Positions 24,613 through 38,137 of a stretch of 64,000 bases of DNA are shown one piece after another. Location of the stretch: the NCBI RefSeq assembly GCF_009914755.1, contig NC_060936.1. One strand, given 5' to 3'. A model generated the notes under the pieces. The model saw only the letters and a list, made by a program, of their open reading frames with translations. It was not told the DNA's origin and did not search any database. Position 1 is the first letter of the stretch. Every line of letters begins with the position of its first letter. A program made the translations under genes and the position numbers. Source of the stretch: the human T2T-CHM13v2.0 reference genome, Homo sapiens.

Positions 24613-25487
24613 GTTTTTTAAAGCAGACGGCAAAAATGCCAGGTGCGCTGGACCTCGTTTGGGCAGGAAGGGGAGTGGCTGCCTCCTCTCTGCCACGGTG
24701 CAGCTCAGGTGCCCGAGGCCCGGCCTGTGCCTAGTGAGGGCTGAGCACATACAGATGGGCTGTTTCTGACAGGCAGGTTTAGGCTCTCGGGACAGCAGAG
24801 GCAGCCTCGGGGCCTGGGGCTCCCACCCCACGTGGCAGGGGTGTGCTGGGAAAACATGGGGCTCCAGGCGTGTCTAAGGCAGCACCTACCCAACCCGCAG
24901 GGCCCTGGGCTGGGGCCTCGCTCCTGCCCAGTCCTGGCCCCTGGAGGACCCTTTTGTCTGGCACCTCTCCCACAGAGCCCCCGATGCCTGCACCGGAGCT
25001 GAGGAAGCCGCCGTCCAGCCCTGTGGAAGGTGACGCCCTTTTCTGTTCAGAAGACAAAGCCGAGAATGCGGCAATGACCTGCGCCCCAGAGGGGATGACC
25101 TGCGGGCCACCCTGACCCCGGCCCGTTCCCCCACTGCCAGCCCTGTGGGCCTGACCCAAGGCTCTGTCCCCCAGGGAAGTCCAGCCACATCCTGCCTGAA
25201 TCACAGACCCCAAGAAGAGTGAGACGAGAGGCCCGTGAACAGGACCATGGGGCAGGTGGGCAGAATGACCCACCGTGTGGAGACAAAGGCCCCCCTGCCT
25301 GGGGAGAAGAAAACACAGGCCCCCTGATCGTCCCGAATAGAGGGGCCAAGGGGCCTAAAATCTCCCTCCCCCAAGCTCCAAGCACCACAGCAGACGGGGT
25401 CTCCAGCCCTGGGGGTAAGAGATGGCCCACAGCAATGAGCCGGGCTTTCCTGGGTTGGTTTCATAGCTGAGCCGCCTTGAGCTGGGG

Positions 25488-25622
25488 GACGCCGCCCTCG
25501 ACATCCCCAGCACAGACGCCGCCGTCGACGTTCCCAGTGCAGACACCGCCCTCGACGTTTTCCCAGCCAGGACGCCGCCCTCAACATTCCCAGAGGGGAC
25601 GCCGCCCTCGACATTCCCAGCA
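25488..25622. repeat. ~26-bp CpG-rich repeat (gacgccgccctcgacattcccag...), 5 copies
   Basis: Direct tandem units. Confidence 0.85.
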
Positions 25623-26171
25623 GGCGCAGCTCAGGAGCACCTTGCCATCTGCAGCTCCCTGGGGGACGAGAAGAAACAGCAGCCACCCCTTTCTCGGGCA
25701 CCTTCAGCTCCGCCGAGAACGCCCGACACTCAGAGACCCTGCTCTTTGTTAAATGGGAATGAGACATGACACAGACGCGGGGCAGCGGCCACTGCAGCAC
25801 GGGTTGTCCACTGCCCAGCTCTGGGGCCAAACCCTCGGCGTCGCGCAAACCATACCTCCCGCGTGACGGCCGTGTCCGGCCTGCTCACCTGTGCGAGGCA
25901 GCCCTGCAGAGCAGGTCACCAGGCCACAGGAGCACCAGAAGAGAAGCCACGTCCACTGCGAGGGCCATCCGGTGTCATGTCCCTGCCTCCACTCAGCCCC
26001 AGGCCCACAGCTGCAGCCACGCAGCCCCGCACAGCGTCACCGTCTCCAGGATCCATCGGCAGTGGGGGGGGCCGTCTCCCACCTCCCTCCTCTTACCTCC
26101 CCCCGCCTCCCCAGGGCACGCACTCCCTGGCTCCTGCGCGATGCCCAGCAGGGTCCAAAATGCACCTGGAT

Positions 26172-26284
26172 GCCCGGGAGCCGTCGTCCGCCCCACAGGC
26201 AGCCCCAGGAGCCATCGCCCGCCCCAAAGGCCCCCCCGGGAGCCGTCACCTGCCCCACAGGCCCCCCCAGGAGCCGTCGTGCGC
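26172..26284. repeat. ~30-bp repeat (ggagccgtcgtccgccccacaggc...), about 3.5 copies
   Basis: Direct tandem units. Confidence 0.75.
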
Positions 26285-27804
26285 TCAGTCGGGTCGTAGC
26301 CTTCATTCCCGTGGCTGATGATCCAACAGCGGGGACCTGTGCGGCCCCAGCACCCGTTCCACTGATGCTTGGTGTGGGCGGTGGCTCGACCCCTTCGACC
26401 GCGCACGTCATACAGGGGGTGGTTCCTCCAGCACAAGCCGCGTGTGGCGGGCAAGCCCTGAGATGGCCCCAGCGCCCCCGAGGTGCCTGCACCCCTCCCG
26501 TGAGGGCGGGGCCGTGATGCGAAGGGCTCTCCTGCTGGGTGAAGTCTCCTCGTGGCGTTGGCGGTCGGGCAGTTACTCCGCCATCAGCCCCAGAGGCTCG
26601 GCAGAGTCTCCTGAGCTCCCGGAAGGGAGTCCGGTGCTGTGAGGGCCGCGAGCCAAGCGGGAGGCTCAGGGCCTGTGTCTATTGCAGCCATTTGGCCAAG
26701 GATGTTTCCTGAGGACGATGTCAACGAAGGGAGGCCGCCTGGGGGTGGGGCAGGTTTCACAGCCTCCCATGGATGTGGGTGCAGTGGGGCCAGTTCCAGC
26801 TCTTTGTATCCCACGAGCCAATAAATGCCTTTTTGGCACTGGAGCCAGTTTGAGGGATTTTTTTTTCTGCTATTTGTAACCAAAGCCTCCTAACCCATCA
26901 GGATCCCTAATAGAACAGCAGGAGGGGAAAGAGAGAGCTGTGGTGCCAGATAGGACAGGCATGGGACCCCGGCCCCGGCCCCTCCCCACCAGCCACATGA
27001 CGGAGGCTCTGTGGGGGCACAGGGAGGCCACATGTCCCCAGTAGGAACATTTGGGTTGGAGCCAGGCCAGGGGCAGCCTCACAAGTTAAGACAAGAACAT
27101 ACTCTCTGTGGCTCGAGTAAAGATAGTGGCGGGGCCGGGAAGACAGCCCAGCCCCAAGTCCCCATCGGCCTCCGTGCCCGGAGACCAGAGACCCCTGTGT
27201 GGGGGTCCCAGCACAGAGCCCAGCTGCCTTTGTAATGAGGGGAAACCAGCGGAGCAAGGGGTTGGGAATAGAACCAGCTGTAAGAAATGGTCCAAATCCC
27301 CAGGTAGAGGTACCAGGGGGTCAAGCCCCCTCACCTGGTCTCTGCCCAGATGTTTGCTTCCAGGAAAGCCATGCGTCAGTCAGCTGGGACCCACCGAGTG
27401 ACAAACAGCCCCTCATCCAGAGGCACAGAACAACCGGCCCACAAAATGGCAGAGCAAGCTCAGTGTCACGTTGTCACCACCCCAGGACCCTGCCAGAGGA
27501 CAGACAGGACAAAGGTCCTCAGAGGGCCACACATGACCACTGCTGAGAGACGCTGGTCACGTCCACTCAGCCAGACCTGTCACAAGGCCCCACAGGAAGT
27601 GAAATTCCATCTGCATCCAGCGTGGGAAGAGGCAGAACATTCAGGGAGGACCACCAGGGCCAAATGTCCACACGGCCCCAGGGGAGCAGGCAGGGCCTGG
27701 GAGGCTCAGACCCCGGTTCGGGCCAGAACATGGACCCCAGGGCCAGCACCACCCGGAGCCCCGAGGGGCTGCCCACAGTCTAGCGAGTAACGGCTGAGGG
27801 GCTT

Positions 27805-27900
27805 GGAGCCTGTGTGCCTCAGTTTCCTCACCTGTGACGTGGGCCATGATAGCACGCCCCTCACAAGTGTCCTGGGGGCCAAGTGAGTTCAGAACACTGC
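27805..27900 (+). mobile_element. MIR fragment
   Basis: Core ctgtgtgcctcagtttcctcacctgtga. Confidence 0.7.
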
Positions 27901-29379
27901 TCAGAGCTCACCTGCTGCTGATGACAAGTCGTGTCACGGGACCTGTTGTTTTATGACACACTCAACCCCACCCCACATGGAGCCCCGTCCAGTCAGCCGG
28001 CCCCGTTCTCTGCTGAGCCACCAGCCCTGGGGGTGGCCGGGCCAGGCAGGAGCCCCACAGAGGCCCCTCAGTGAGCTCAGCGCAGGCCCAAGCACCGCCG
28101 GTTTCTCTGCCGTCCACACCGTCCCCAGACGGGCCGCACCCCTGACGCAGGGAGGGCTTCCAGGCTGCACTCGCCCTCGCCCTCCCTGCCTCTCGCTCAG
28201 AACCTGTCCTGCCCAGCCCTGCATCCCATGTCCCTGCCTCTGGTCCCGAGCCCTGCCTGCCCCCTCCAGCCCCTCACGTCTCTAAGCCTGAACCTCCCTC
28301 ACAGGCGTCACTGCAGCCACCCCACAAATCCTTCCTGATACCAAAGGCCAGCAGGCTGGGGGACATTTGGGAGGGGCCGGGAGCAGGCCCTGCCTTTGCT
28401 GCAGCCTGTGGGGGGCTTCTGGGCGGGAGAGGTAGGGGCAGGCCCGGGGGATGGGAGCTGTGGGGCCAGCCCTGATCCGCTCCTCCTGCTGGGTCCTGGA
28501 CACAGGATTGATTTCTCCCTGGGATTTGGGCGTCCGAGTCAGTGGGGACCTGTGCCCCCAAACCCCCTCAGCAGCAGAACGCAGAGAGCCGCGGTGCCAT
28601 CTCCACCCTGGCTTTCCAGGCCCTGGAGGGCAAAGGTCAGTCAGATGGAGGGAGCCCGGGGTCCCTGGCAGGAGTGTGGCCAAGTCCCAGCAGCGCTGCC
28701 CCGAGAGAGGAGGACGGCGCAGCTCCATTGCTCCACCTGCCCGGCTCAGGGATGGAACCCAGAGCTGCCACCGTCCTGTGGGTGACGGCAGAACATCTGG
28801 CTGCCGGGTGGCCTCCGTAACCGCCACACACCTGCCTCTGCTGGAATCACCTGAGGCTCTGGTGCCTCACACGGATTGGCCAAAACAGGGAGCGGAGCCG
28901 GGAAGGCCACGGACATCTGTGTGGTGTCACGAACAAGGTCCGGCCACGTGTGTGGGAGACGCGGGCGCCGAGGCAGGCGCCAAACTAAGCCCGGCCACCA
29001 AGGGGACGCCCACACCCCACCTCCGTGGTGACCCCTGAACCCCCGGAGCTCACCATCCACACCAGGGTGAGAGGAGAGGATGGGCAAGGAACCGTCAACC
29101 AGAGGGGATGCTCAGCTGCGTGCACGTGGCGGGTGGTACATGGGGGCTCGGGGAGGCACCCAGAGAGGATGCGTGTGTAGTGCAGAAAATGAGGCTTTGG
29201 GGCCCGCACACCGAGCCCAGGACAGCACGGAGGCGGGAGACACTGCCAAGCCCCCCTCACCCTCCTTGATGGACGCCCCAGAGTCTCACCCTATCCCCTC
29301 CCCAGCTCAGGGCGACAGGAGCCCAGCCACGTGCGTCCCGGGGCCGCCATCACAGCCCCTCAGAAGCCGCCTTAACACG

Positions 29380-29697
29380 GACTAATCCTGCAGACCTGGA
29401 GCTGGGAGCCGAGGGTGGGGCCTCTGCAGGGCCGGGTGCTTTGAGGCCCTGAGGGAGAATCGTCCAGGGCCCGTGTCTGCCGCTCCCAGGCTGGTCAACA
29501 CCTTCGCCTTCCCCCAGCATCCTCCCTGTGAGCACGTCTGTCCAAATCCTGATGTCAGGACAGGGTCACACTGGTCTACGCTCCACTCCGGAGCCAGTTA
29601 CTTCGGCAGCAGCTCTGTCCCCGTGAAGCCACGTGTGGAGGAACGGGGGTGAGGATGGCAAAGGACCTTTTTGGGGGATGTGATTCAAGCCGTAGAG
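29380..29697 (-). mobile_element. MaLR LTR (MLT1C/D-like), diverged
   Basis: gaggccctgagggagaatc... and the terminal ggggtgaggatggcaaaggacctttttgggggatgtgattcaagccgtaga match the antisense MLT1 consensus pattern. Confidence 0.55.
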
Positions 29698-30109
29698 AAA
29701 GGAAACCCCAGCAATGACTGAGTTGGGATTTCTCACCACCTAGAGCGTGGGATCGAGCTCTAGAGCCGCGGAGGCAGGGATGGGAACCGAACTCTTGTCC
29801 ACCGAGGAGCCTGGGAGGAGGCGGCCACACCACACCCCAGCCTTAGAGGGACCTGGCCTGGCCCTCGGTCCGCAGGGGGGCCTTGGGTCACCCCCAAGGC
29901 ATCCTGCTTCCTCCCACCCCCGGGCAGTACAGGCCACTCCTCCCTGGGCCTGTCGTCCTCCCAGGGCTGCAGGGTGGACCCCCTGGGGGGTCTAGAAGGG
30001 CTGATCCAGGCCCCTGTGACCAGTTCAGGGAGCACCTCTGGGGTGGCGGTGCAGGGCTTTGCACTTCTCAAAGCTGTCGGGTGGTTCTAGCACGTAACCA
30101 GGGTCTAGA

Positions 30110-30890
30110 ACCCCACACACACACAACACAGGCCCACATGCACCCGTGCACATGTGCACACACACACCTCCCCCCCACACATACACGGGCACCCACACAC
30201 ACACACAACACAGGCCCACACGCACCCGTGCACACGTGCACACACAGGCCTCCCCACACACACACGGGCACCCACACACACACACAACACAGGCCCACAC
30301 GCACCCGTGCACACACAGGCCTCCCACACACACACAGGCACTCACAACACAGGCCCACACGCACCCGTGCACACGTGCACACACAGCCCCCCACACACAC
30401 ACAGGCCCACACACACATGCACACACACAGGCCCACACACACGCACACACACACACAGGCCCACACACACACATGCACACACACACGCACACACACACAG
30501 GCCCCCCCACACACACACGTGCACACACAGGCCCACACACACACACAGGCCCACACACACATGCACACACACAGGCCCACACACACGCACACACACACAC
30601 AGGCCCACACACACACATGCACACACACACACGCACACACACACAGGCCCCCCCCCACACACACACACGTGCACACACAGGCCCACACACACACACAGGC
30701 CCCCACACACATAGGCACACACAGACACACACACAGGCACTCACACACACACACAGGCCCACACACACACATGCACACACACATGCGCACACACACAGGC
30801 CCACACACCCAAACACACACCCACCCACACACACACACAGGCTCACACACACACATGCAGGTGCGCACACACAGGCACACGCACACTCAG
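30110..30890. repeat. (CA)n-based compound minisatellite (cacacacaggccc)n
   Basis: CA runs punctuated by caggccc, gcacccgtg and atgc. Confidence 0.95.
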
Positions 30891-31149
30891 CAAATCAAGT
30901 GACTTCCCAGAACAAAGAACATCCACTTTAAGATAATTTGCTGCCTAGACGGTGAAGAGCCAGCATTTTTCAAAAGGCAGCTTCATTTAATCACAAACAA
31001 AACTGAAGTGCTGCCCCACGGCCTGTGTGGTGAGTGGAGGAGGGATGTGGACGCCAGGCTCTGCCCTGGCCGGCCCTGACTGTGGAAAGGAGCAGCTCGG
31101 GAGGAACTGCCTCCTCGGACAGGGCTTGGCCAGTCAGTTCCACTGACCA

Positions 31150-32392
31150 GAGGGTCTGGGGTATTGGCTATGGGATCTGGGGGAGTCCAGCCGGGGGTCA
31201 CAGGGTCTGGGGGTGTCAGCCAAGAAGGCTAGGGGTGTGGGCAAGGGGGTCTGCGGTGTCGGCCAGGGGGTCTGAGGTTTCCGCCAAGAAGGCTAGGGGT
31301 GTGGGCAAGGGGGTCTGCGGTGTCGGCCAGGGGGTCTGAGGTTTCCTGCTGGGGAGTCTGGGGGCCAGGGGGTCTGGGATGTGGGCCACAGGGTCTGGGG
31401 GTGTCTGGCTGGGGGTCTGAGGGTGTCAGTCAAGGGGTGCATGGGTGTCCGACTGGGGTCTGGGGTGTCAGTGGGGGCCTGGGATGTCAGTGGGATCTGG
31501 GGTGTCAGTGGGGTCTGGGATGTCAGTGGGGCCTGGGGTGTCAGTGGGGTCTGGGGTGTCAGTGGGGTCTGGGATGTCAGTGGGGCCTGGGGTGTCAGTG
31601 GGGTCTGGGGTGTCAGTGGGGCCTGGGGTGTCAGTGGGGCCTGGGGTGTCAGTGGGGTCTGGGGTGTCAGTGGGGCCTGGGGTGTCAGTGGGGTCTGGGG
31701 TGTCAGTGGGGTCTGGGGTGTCAGTGGGGTCTGGGATGTCAGTGGGGGCCTGGGATGTCAGTGGGGTCTGGGGTGTCAGTGGGGGCCTGGGGTGTCAGTG
31801 GGGTCTGGGGTGTCAGTGGGGCCTGGGGTGTCAGTGGGGTCTGGGGTGTCAGTGGGGCCTGGGATGTCAGTGGGATCTGAGGTGTCAGTGGGGGTCTGGG
31901 GGTGTCAGTAGGGCCTGGGGGTGTCAGTGGGGTCTGGGGTGTCAGTGGGGCCTGGGATGTCAGTGGGGTCTGGGGTGTCAGTGGGGGCCTGGGATGTCAG
32001 TGGGGCCTGGGATGTCAGTGGGGGCCTGGGGTGTCAGTGGGGCCTGGGATGTCAGTGGGGCCTGGGATGTCAGTGGGGGCCTGGGATGTCAGTGGGGGCC
32101 TGGGGATGTCAGTGGGGGCCTGGGGTTGTCAGTGGGGGCCTGGGGTGTCAGTGGGGTCTGGGGTGTCAGTGGGGGCCTGGGATGTCAGTGGGGCCTGGGA
32201 TGTCAGTGGGGCCTGGGATATCAGTGGGGGCCTGGGGTGTCAGTGGGGGCCTGGGGTGTCAGTGGGGGCCTGGGGTTGTCAGTGGGGCCTGGGGTGTCAG
32301 TGGGGTCTGGGGTGTCAGTGGGGGCCTGTGGGTGTCAGTGGGGGTCTGAGGTGTCAGTGGGGGTCTGGGGTGTCAGTGGGGGTCTGGGGGTG
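31150..32392. repeat. 18-19-bp G-rich VNTR (tgtcagtggggtctgggg)n, about 50 copies, with a degenerate 5' precursor zone
   Basis: tgtcag at 31503, 31521, 31539 and 31557; regular array from about 31456. A 64-bp duplication at 31220/31284 lies in the degenerate zone. Confidence 0.97.
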
Positions 32393-35300
32393 CCATGTTA
32401 ACCACTGTAGGCTGTCCTGCAGAGCTGCCTGGGCTGTTTTAGGACGTTGAGGTTCCAGAACAGCAGGAGGTTCCCAGAAGGCAAGCTGGGCTCCAGCACC
32501 AGGACCTGGGGTTTCTGGCCCAGAGACCACAGCCCTGTCTGTGCCGGGCGCTGAGGGTACGGCAGGTCGTCCTGGCGGCCTTCTTGCCAGTCCTGTCAGG
32601 TATCAGGAGCCTAAGAGGCTGGTGAGGGGCTGCCTGCCCACCCTTGCTGACTCCGGAGGGTAACCCAGCTCCTGCCCCGTCCTGGCCCTGCTCTCCAGAG
32701 TGGGCTGTGGTCGGTGGTCCAGCGCCACAGAGCGCTGCTACCCTCTAGTGGGTACCTGGGGTCCTGCAGCTCAGAACCGCGACCCCAGCCCACGGGAGTC
32801 TCTGCGTCCACGCACCTGGACGTCCTCCTGCGGTAGGCGCCCCGGAGGCCCCTCCAGTGTTCCCACCTCAGCTCCCGGGAAGACCTCAGGGTCTCCCCCC
32901 ACCAAGGCGCTTCCCCCAAGGGCCCTCCCTGCAGCCCGGGACCCACCACACCCTGTCCCAGCTGCCGCCCCGTGCTCGGTGATTTCAAAGGACACTGGCT
33001 GAGGTTTCTACACTATCCCTCAACCGGGGGCTCCTCCAGCGACCACAGTGGAGTGGAGGGTCTGGGGCCTCCGTCCAGGCTGCGGTGGTCCATCCCTCTG
33101 CAAGCCGCTGTTTCTGGGCTCCACGCTCTGGCTTCGGAAGTGGGAGCGAGTGTTGAAATCCAGCCACCTTCGGGGGAAGGCCAGTAGCTGGGGTCCCGCC
33201 CTGCAGGCCTGTCCCGGCGTACAGAGCAGGTGACAGCTTCCAGGAGAAGGTGTGTTCTGGGGCTTGAAGGTGCCGGCGTGCAGGGAACAGCAGGTCACAG
33301 AGCCCCTGGAGACCCAGGCAGGAGGCAGACCCCACCTAGGCCCGGGTCGCACGCAGGGCAGGGCAGAGGCTGTGGGAGCCGGGAGGAGGCCCGGGGTCTG
33401 GGGAGCCCTGCCCCACCCCAGGGAGCTGTGGAGCACCCCCCACCAGGCGTGGGTGAGGCTCTCCCCTCGTTTCACGGCCGCCATGCACAACCCGGGGCCC
33501 CCGTGGGTCTGGGGCCAGGACCCAGTTTCCCTGAGGTTGAGTCTCTGTGATTTCTCCTCCAGCAGAGAGAAGGGCCTGGGCCCCGGCACCTGCACCCCTG
33601 GCACAGGGACAGTTCTGGGAAGGGCGTGGTGCCCGTCCTGGTGGCTGGAGGACGGGACTGACCCTCTGGCCACTAGGGGTCTCTCTTGCTCCGCTCTGTG
33701 CCAGAGCCGTCGCCAGGAGCCCTGGGATCCGGAACTGGGGCAGAATCCAGGAGCAGGGTGGGCCCCGAGCTCTCAGGCAGCGCTGCGGCTCCGCCCACGG
33801 CCCCTGGCAGAGTCACTCAGCCCCAGGGGCCCAAGGATGCCCCCACACACACCTGGCATGGTCGGGGTCTCTACACCTGGCATGGGGCTCCCCGAGGCTG
33901 GCTCAAGGCTGGTGGGGCCAGGGAGTCTGCATTCCTGACGTGCTCCCAGGTGACGTGGATGCTGCTGTTGAGGGACCCCAGCTGGAGAAGCCCGGTCCCA
34001 GGTGTACCCCCCTCCCCACCCCGGCAGCTAGGCCTCTGCCTGAGAACCGCCTCAGGATCTGTCCCCGCCCAAAGTGCTTCCCCAGCTCTACGGGTACAGA
34101 CTCCTGGTGCTCTCCTGGCCCTGCACCTCTCCACCCTCTGCCAAGGGTGTCCCGTCCCATAGCCCTGAGGCAGCAGCTCCCTCTCGGATGAGCCACACCA
34201 CCAGCTCCGTCTCCCGTGCCCTGGGGTCCTGGCAAGTGTCCTGGGGCCGGCGGAGCTGCCGCCCCATCCTCAGGCTGCAGAGGGTGACACGGCCATTTGT
34301 CCAGGCTCCCCACCAGGCCCCTGCAAGGACAGTGCGGAAGGTCGGCTGTGGTGGCCTCTGGTGAAGGATGTCCCCTCCCCCAGGAAGTCAGGGGCCCCTC
34401 GCCCTCACTGTAGCAAACACACACCCGGGACCCTCTCCCAAAGTCACGGCCACAGCCAGGCTGGGGAGGGCACGGCTCCCACCCCACTGGAGGACGGGGC
34501 TGCAGGGCTGTCACATGTGAGAACCTGGTCACGGTGGCGTCTCTGGGGACCAGGCAGGAGTGTCCAGAGAAGAAAATAGACTCACTTCCCATCGTTTTCC
34601 CTTTTCTGCAGCTTAAGTTATATTTGACCCAAGGCCAGAGCTCAGTGAGGTGCCCTGGCCTTTTCAAGGAGAGGACGTATTCATTGCGCCACTCCAAGTT
34701 TGCCAAGTGCAAATGGCTGCTCTCATGACCGCCGCTGACTGGCTCCCAGCACGGCTTGAGCTGTTCTCTAAAAGGACGTCAGGCCAGCCTAATGATTAAG
34801 GCCAGCTCGGGGCAGGTGGGTGGCCTTCCCAGGCAGGACCGCCCTAGCAGCCTGGCCCCAGAGCCCTGGAAACCTGGTCAGCAACTCTGTCCTGGCCTCC
34901 CAGAGAGGCCCCCATGCCCGGGGGATCCGAGTGTCCCGGCTCCCGGCTGCCTAACGAGCCACCTGGAACTTAGTAACAGCCCACCCCATCCTCGCGAGTG
35001 AGAAGGATTCTTGGTTACAGGTGAGCCACAGCCCACCCAGCTTCGAGCCAGGGCAGGGGCCATCTCCAGATGTGGGGAGGGGTGCAGGTCCCGGGTTCTG
35101 AGGTTTGGAGGAGCACGTGGGGACACGGCGGCAGCCGTCTCTGGAAACACGACTGTCTGTGGTTTGAGGAACGCGTTGCCACTTCCCGATCCCGGACAGA
35201 GCCTTCTGCTGGACAACAGGCCACAGACGCAGCCAGTGCCCCCAGCCTGAGACCCCCACTCAAATCCAGCAGACCCTGAGGAAGGAGAGCTCAGGCCGAG

Positions 35301-36745
35301 AGAGGAAGGGAGGGGGCCCGGTCAGGTCTCTGGAGTTTAGACCTCATCCCTAGAGGGAGGGGGGCAGCAGAGGGTCCTCCCTCCCCACCCCACAGTGGGC
35401 TCCTACAGCAGGAGAGGCCTCTAAAAAGACTGATGGCCGGCAGCACCCAGTGTGGGAAGGGCCCCACACCCCGGGGGTCAAGGCCAGAGGGCGCAGAATG
35501 GCCCCTGAGGGATTATAGCCCGGGGCCCTGACGCTCCCTTGCTGCCTAGTGCTACTGCCTTGGCCCACCCCTGCCAGCCCCCAACACCCAGGGGTCCGCA
35601 TGGAGCCCCCCACCCCCTTGCTGGCGGCAGCCCCAAAGAGGCAGGGCAGGGGGTTCTCAGCCAAGGCTGACCAGTAGCTCAGCGGGGCCCCGAGTCCCGC
35701 CGTGGCCATGCCACCAACCTGGAACCAGGCCTGGTGGGCAGGAGGTAGAAACGGACAGATCCCACCTACCTCTGCCAAGACCACACGCTGAAGCCAAACG
35801 CCTCCCACCCACCCAGCCCCACGGTGGTCCAGCCACCGTCCCGGTCTCTGCATCAGGGTCCTCTGTCCCAGCACAGCCAATAGCTTGAAATGACACCTCC
35901 ACTACGTTGTTCACAGTGCTGGGGTCAGGGACTCAGGGGGCCTGGCTGGGGGGTCCTCACTGGGGTCTCTCGTGTTGTGCCGCTGGCCAGGGCTGTGTCC
36001 TATGAGGGTGACTGGGCCGGACGTGGGAAACCACTGGCCCAGTTGCTGGCTGGGCACTCCCTGGCTTGGTGGGGGTCTCCCCAAGGTCCCCCACACAGTG
36101 GTCCCGGGGTCAGAATCCTCAGGCAGTGGCCACCCCTGCAGTGCAGTGGCTCCAAGAACCAGGCAGAGGCCTTGGGCCTTTCAAGAGCCGGCCGCGGGAC
36201 TAAGCCCACAGTGTCACCCCTCCACGGTCCACAAAGTCAGGAACGGCCGGACCCAGCTCTGTGGGAAGCATGGCAAAGCCAATGGGTACAGATTTCAGCA
36301 CCGCCCCAGCCTCCTGCCTGTCCCCTGCCTGTCCCCTCCTCCCACGGCCCAGCCTCCTGCCCAGCTGGAGCTGAAACCAACACCTCATGTGCTTAGACCC
36401 ACAGCACCTTCCTGCTTGCAGGTGAAAGCCCGAGCCAGGGCCTGCAGAGCCTGCGGGACCGGCCCAGCTTCCCCTCTGGCCTCTCACTGTGCTGCCCCGG
36501 CCGTGGCTGCACCACCTGCTCTGCTGCAGACACTTGGAGCTCTCCCACCGCCAGGCCCTTCCCCGCCTGCTCCTCCTGGCTCTCCATGCGGCCAGATCTC
36601 GCTCCGTGCGATCCGTGTGTCTGGCGTGGTCTCGTGCACACCTTTGCTTCCCATCTACTCTGTCCCCACAGGGATCTGAGGCAGTGGGACTTGTCCTCTG
36701 GTTTCCAGCTACTTCCCCAGCAGCTGGAAGGCTGCCTGGCACTTA

Positions 36746-36934
36746 CAGGCAGAGCATCCCTCCTGCAAAAATCCAAAATCAGAACGCTCCGGAATCTGAA
36801 ACTTTTTGCGTACTGGCATGAGCTCGGATGAAATGCATGAAATGCCCATTGGAAGAGTTTGCATTTCAGAGTGGATTTTCAGATGAGGGATGCTTAACTG
36901 AATAAGTACAAGTCAAATATCTAAAATCAAAAAA
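36746..36934 (+). mobile_element. Tigger4a (MER46A) MITE, 3' truncated
   Basis: TA then caggcagagcatccct...aaaatccaaaatc...gaatctgaaactttttg...ggattttcagatgagggatgcttaactg, with internal inverted arms. Confidence 0.75.
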
Positions 36935-36938
36935 GATT

Positions 36939-37222
36939 ACAGGTGCGGTGGCTCACACCTGTAATCCCAGCCCTTTGGGAGGCTGAGGTGGGAGGATTGC
37001 TTGAGCCCAAGAGTTCAAGACCAGCCTGGGCAACATAGCCAAACCCTATCTCTACAAAAAATAAATGACTAGCCAGGTGTGGTGGCACGTGCCTGTAGTC
37101 CCAGCTACTTGGGAGGCTGAGGTGGGAGGATCGTTGAAGCGATCAGGTCAAGGCTGCTGTCAGCTGTGATTGCACCAGTGCACTCCAGCCTGGGCAACAC
37201 AGCAAGACCCTGTCTGAAAAAG
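36939..37222 (+). mobile_element. AluJ
   Basis: Dimeric Alu with J diagnostics (ggaggattgcttgagccc, gggcaacatag, caaggctgc, gcaagaccctgtct). Confidence 0.93.
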
Positions 37223-37465
37223 AAAGAAAGAAAGAGAAGAAGGAAGGAAGGAAGGAGAGAGAAAGAGAGAAAGAAAGAGAAGAAAGAAGGAAGGAAAGAA
37301 AGAAGGAGAGAGAAAGAGAGAAAGAAAGGGAAAGAAAGAAAGATGGAAGGAAGGAAGAAGAAAGAGAGAAAGAAAGAAAGAAAAGAAAGAAGGAAGGAAG
37401 GAAAGGAAAAAAGGAAGGAAAGGAAGGAAGGAAGGAAGGAAGGAAGGAAGGAAGGAAGGAAAGGC
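37217..37465. repeat. Alu-tail-derived (GAAA)/(GGAA)n polypurine tract
   Basis: Almost pure purine; (GGAA)10 at 37422-37461. Confidence 0.95.
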
Positions 37466-37835
37466 AGGCAGAATCCAGGGCTCCTCTAGACCTCTTGGTG
37501 GAGAATCTTTATTCTAACAATACCCGCAGTGGTTTGCTGCATGTTGAGTGTTGAGAAGCTCTGTTCCATGAAGTGGGCCCTGGGGAAGGGAGTTCCGTGG
37601 GGAGGGGGTGTCTCTCCAACAGTCCACAAAAGAGAAACAGGGAAGAAACACCGAGGGGCTCAGAGGTCAGAGGCTCCTCCTCCATACCCTCTGCAGCCTG
37701 AGAGCTGAGTAAGTGTGACGGTGGTTGTGAATTTCTCCAAATATATTGTCTTGTTGATGTAAAGTTACCCAAATAAACTCTGGACCCTGCAGCATTCAGT
37801 GCCTGCTGAGATCCCTTCAAAAAGGCATAATTCAG

Positions 37836-38137
<302 letters not shown>

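Noticed and set aside
31299-32450. (CQWGLG)n / (GVSVGS)n ORFs
   Set aside because: The 18-bp unit is divisible by three and all forward frames are open; no coding evidence.
37166-37489. Lys/Arg/Glu-rich ORF
   Set aside because: Alu end plus GA microsatellite.
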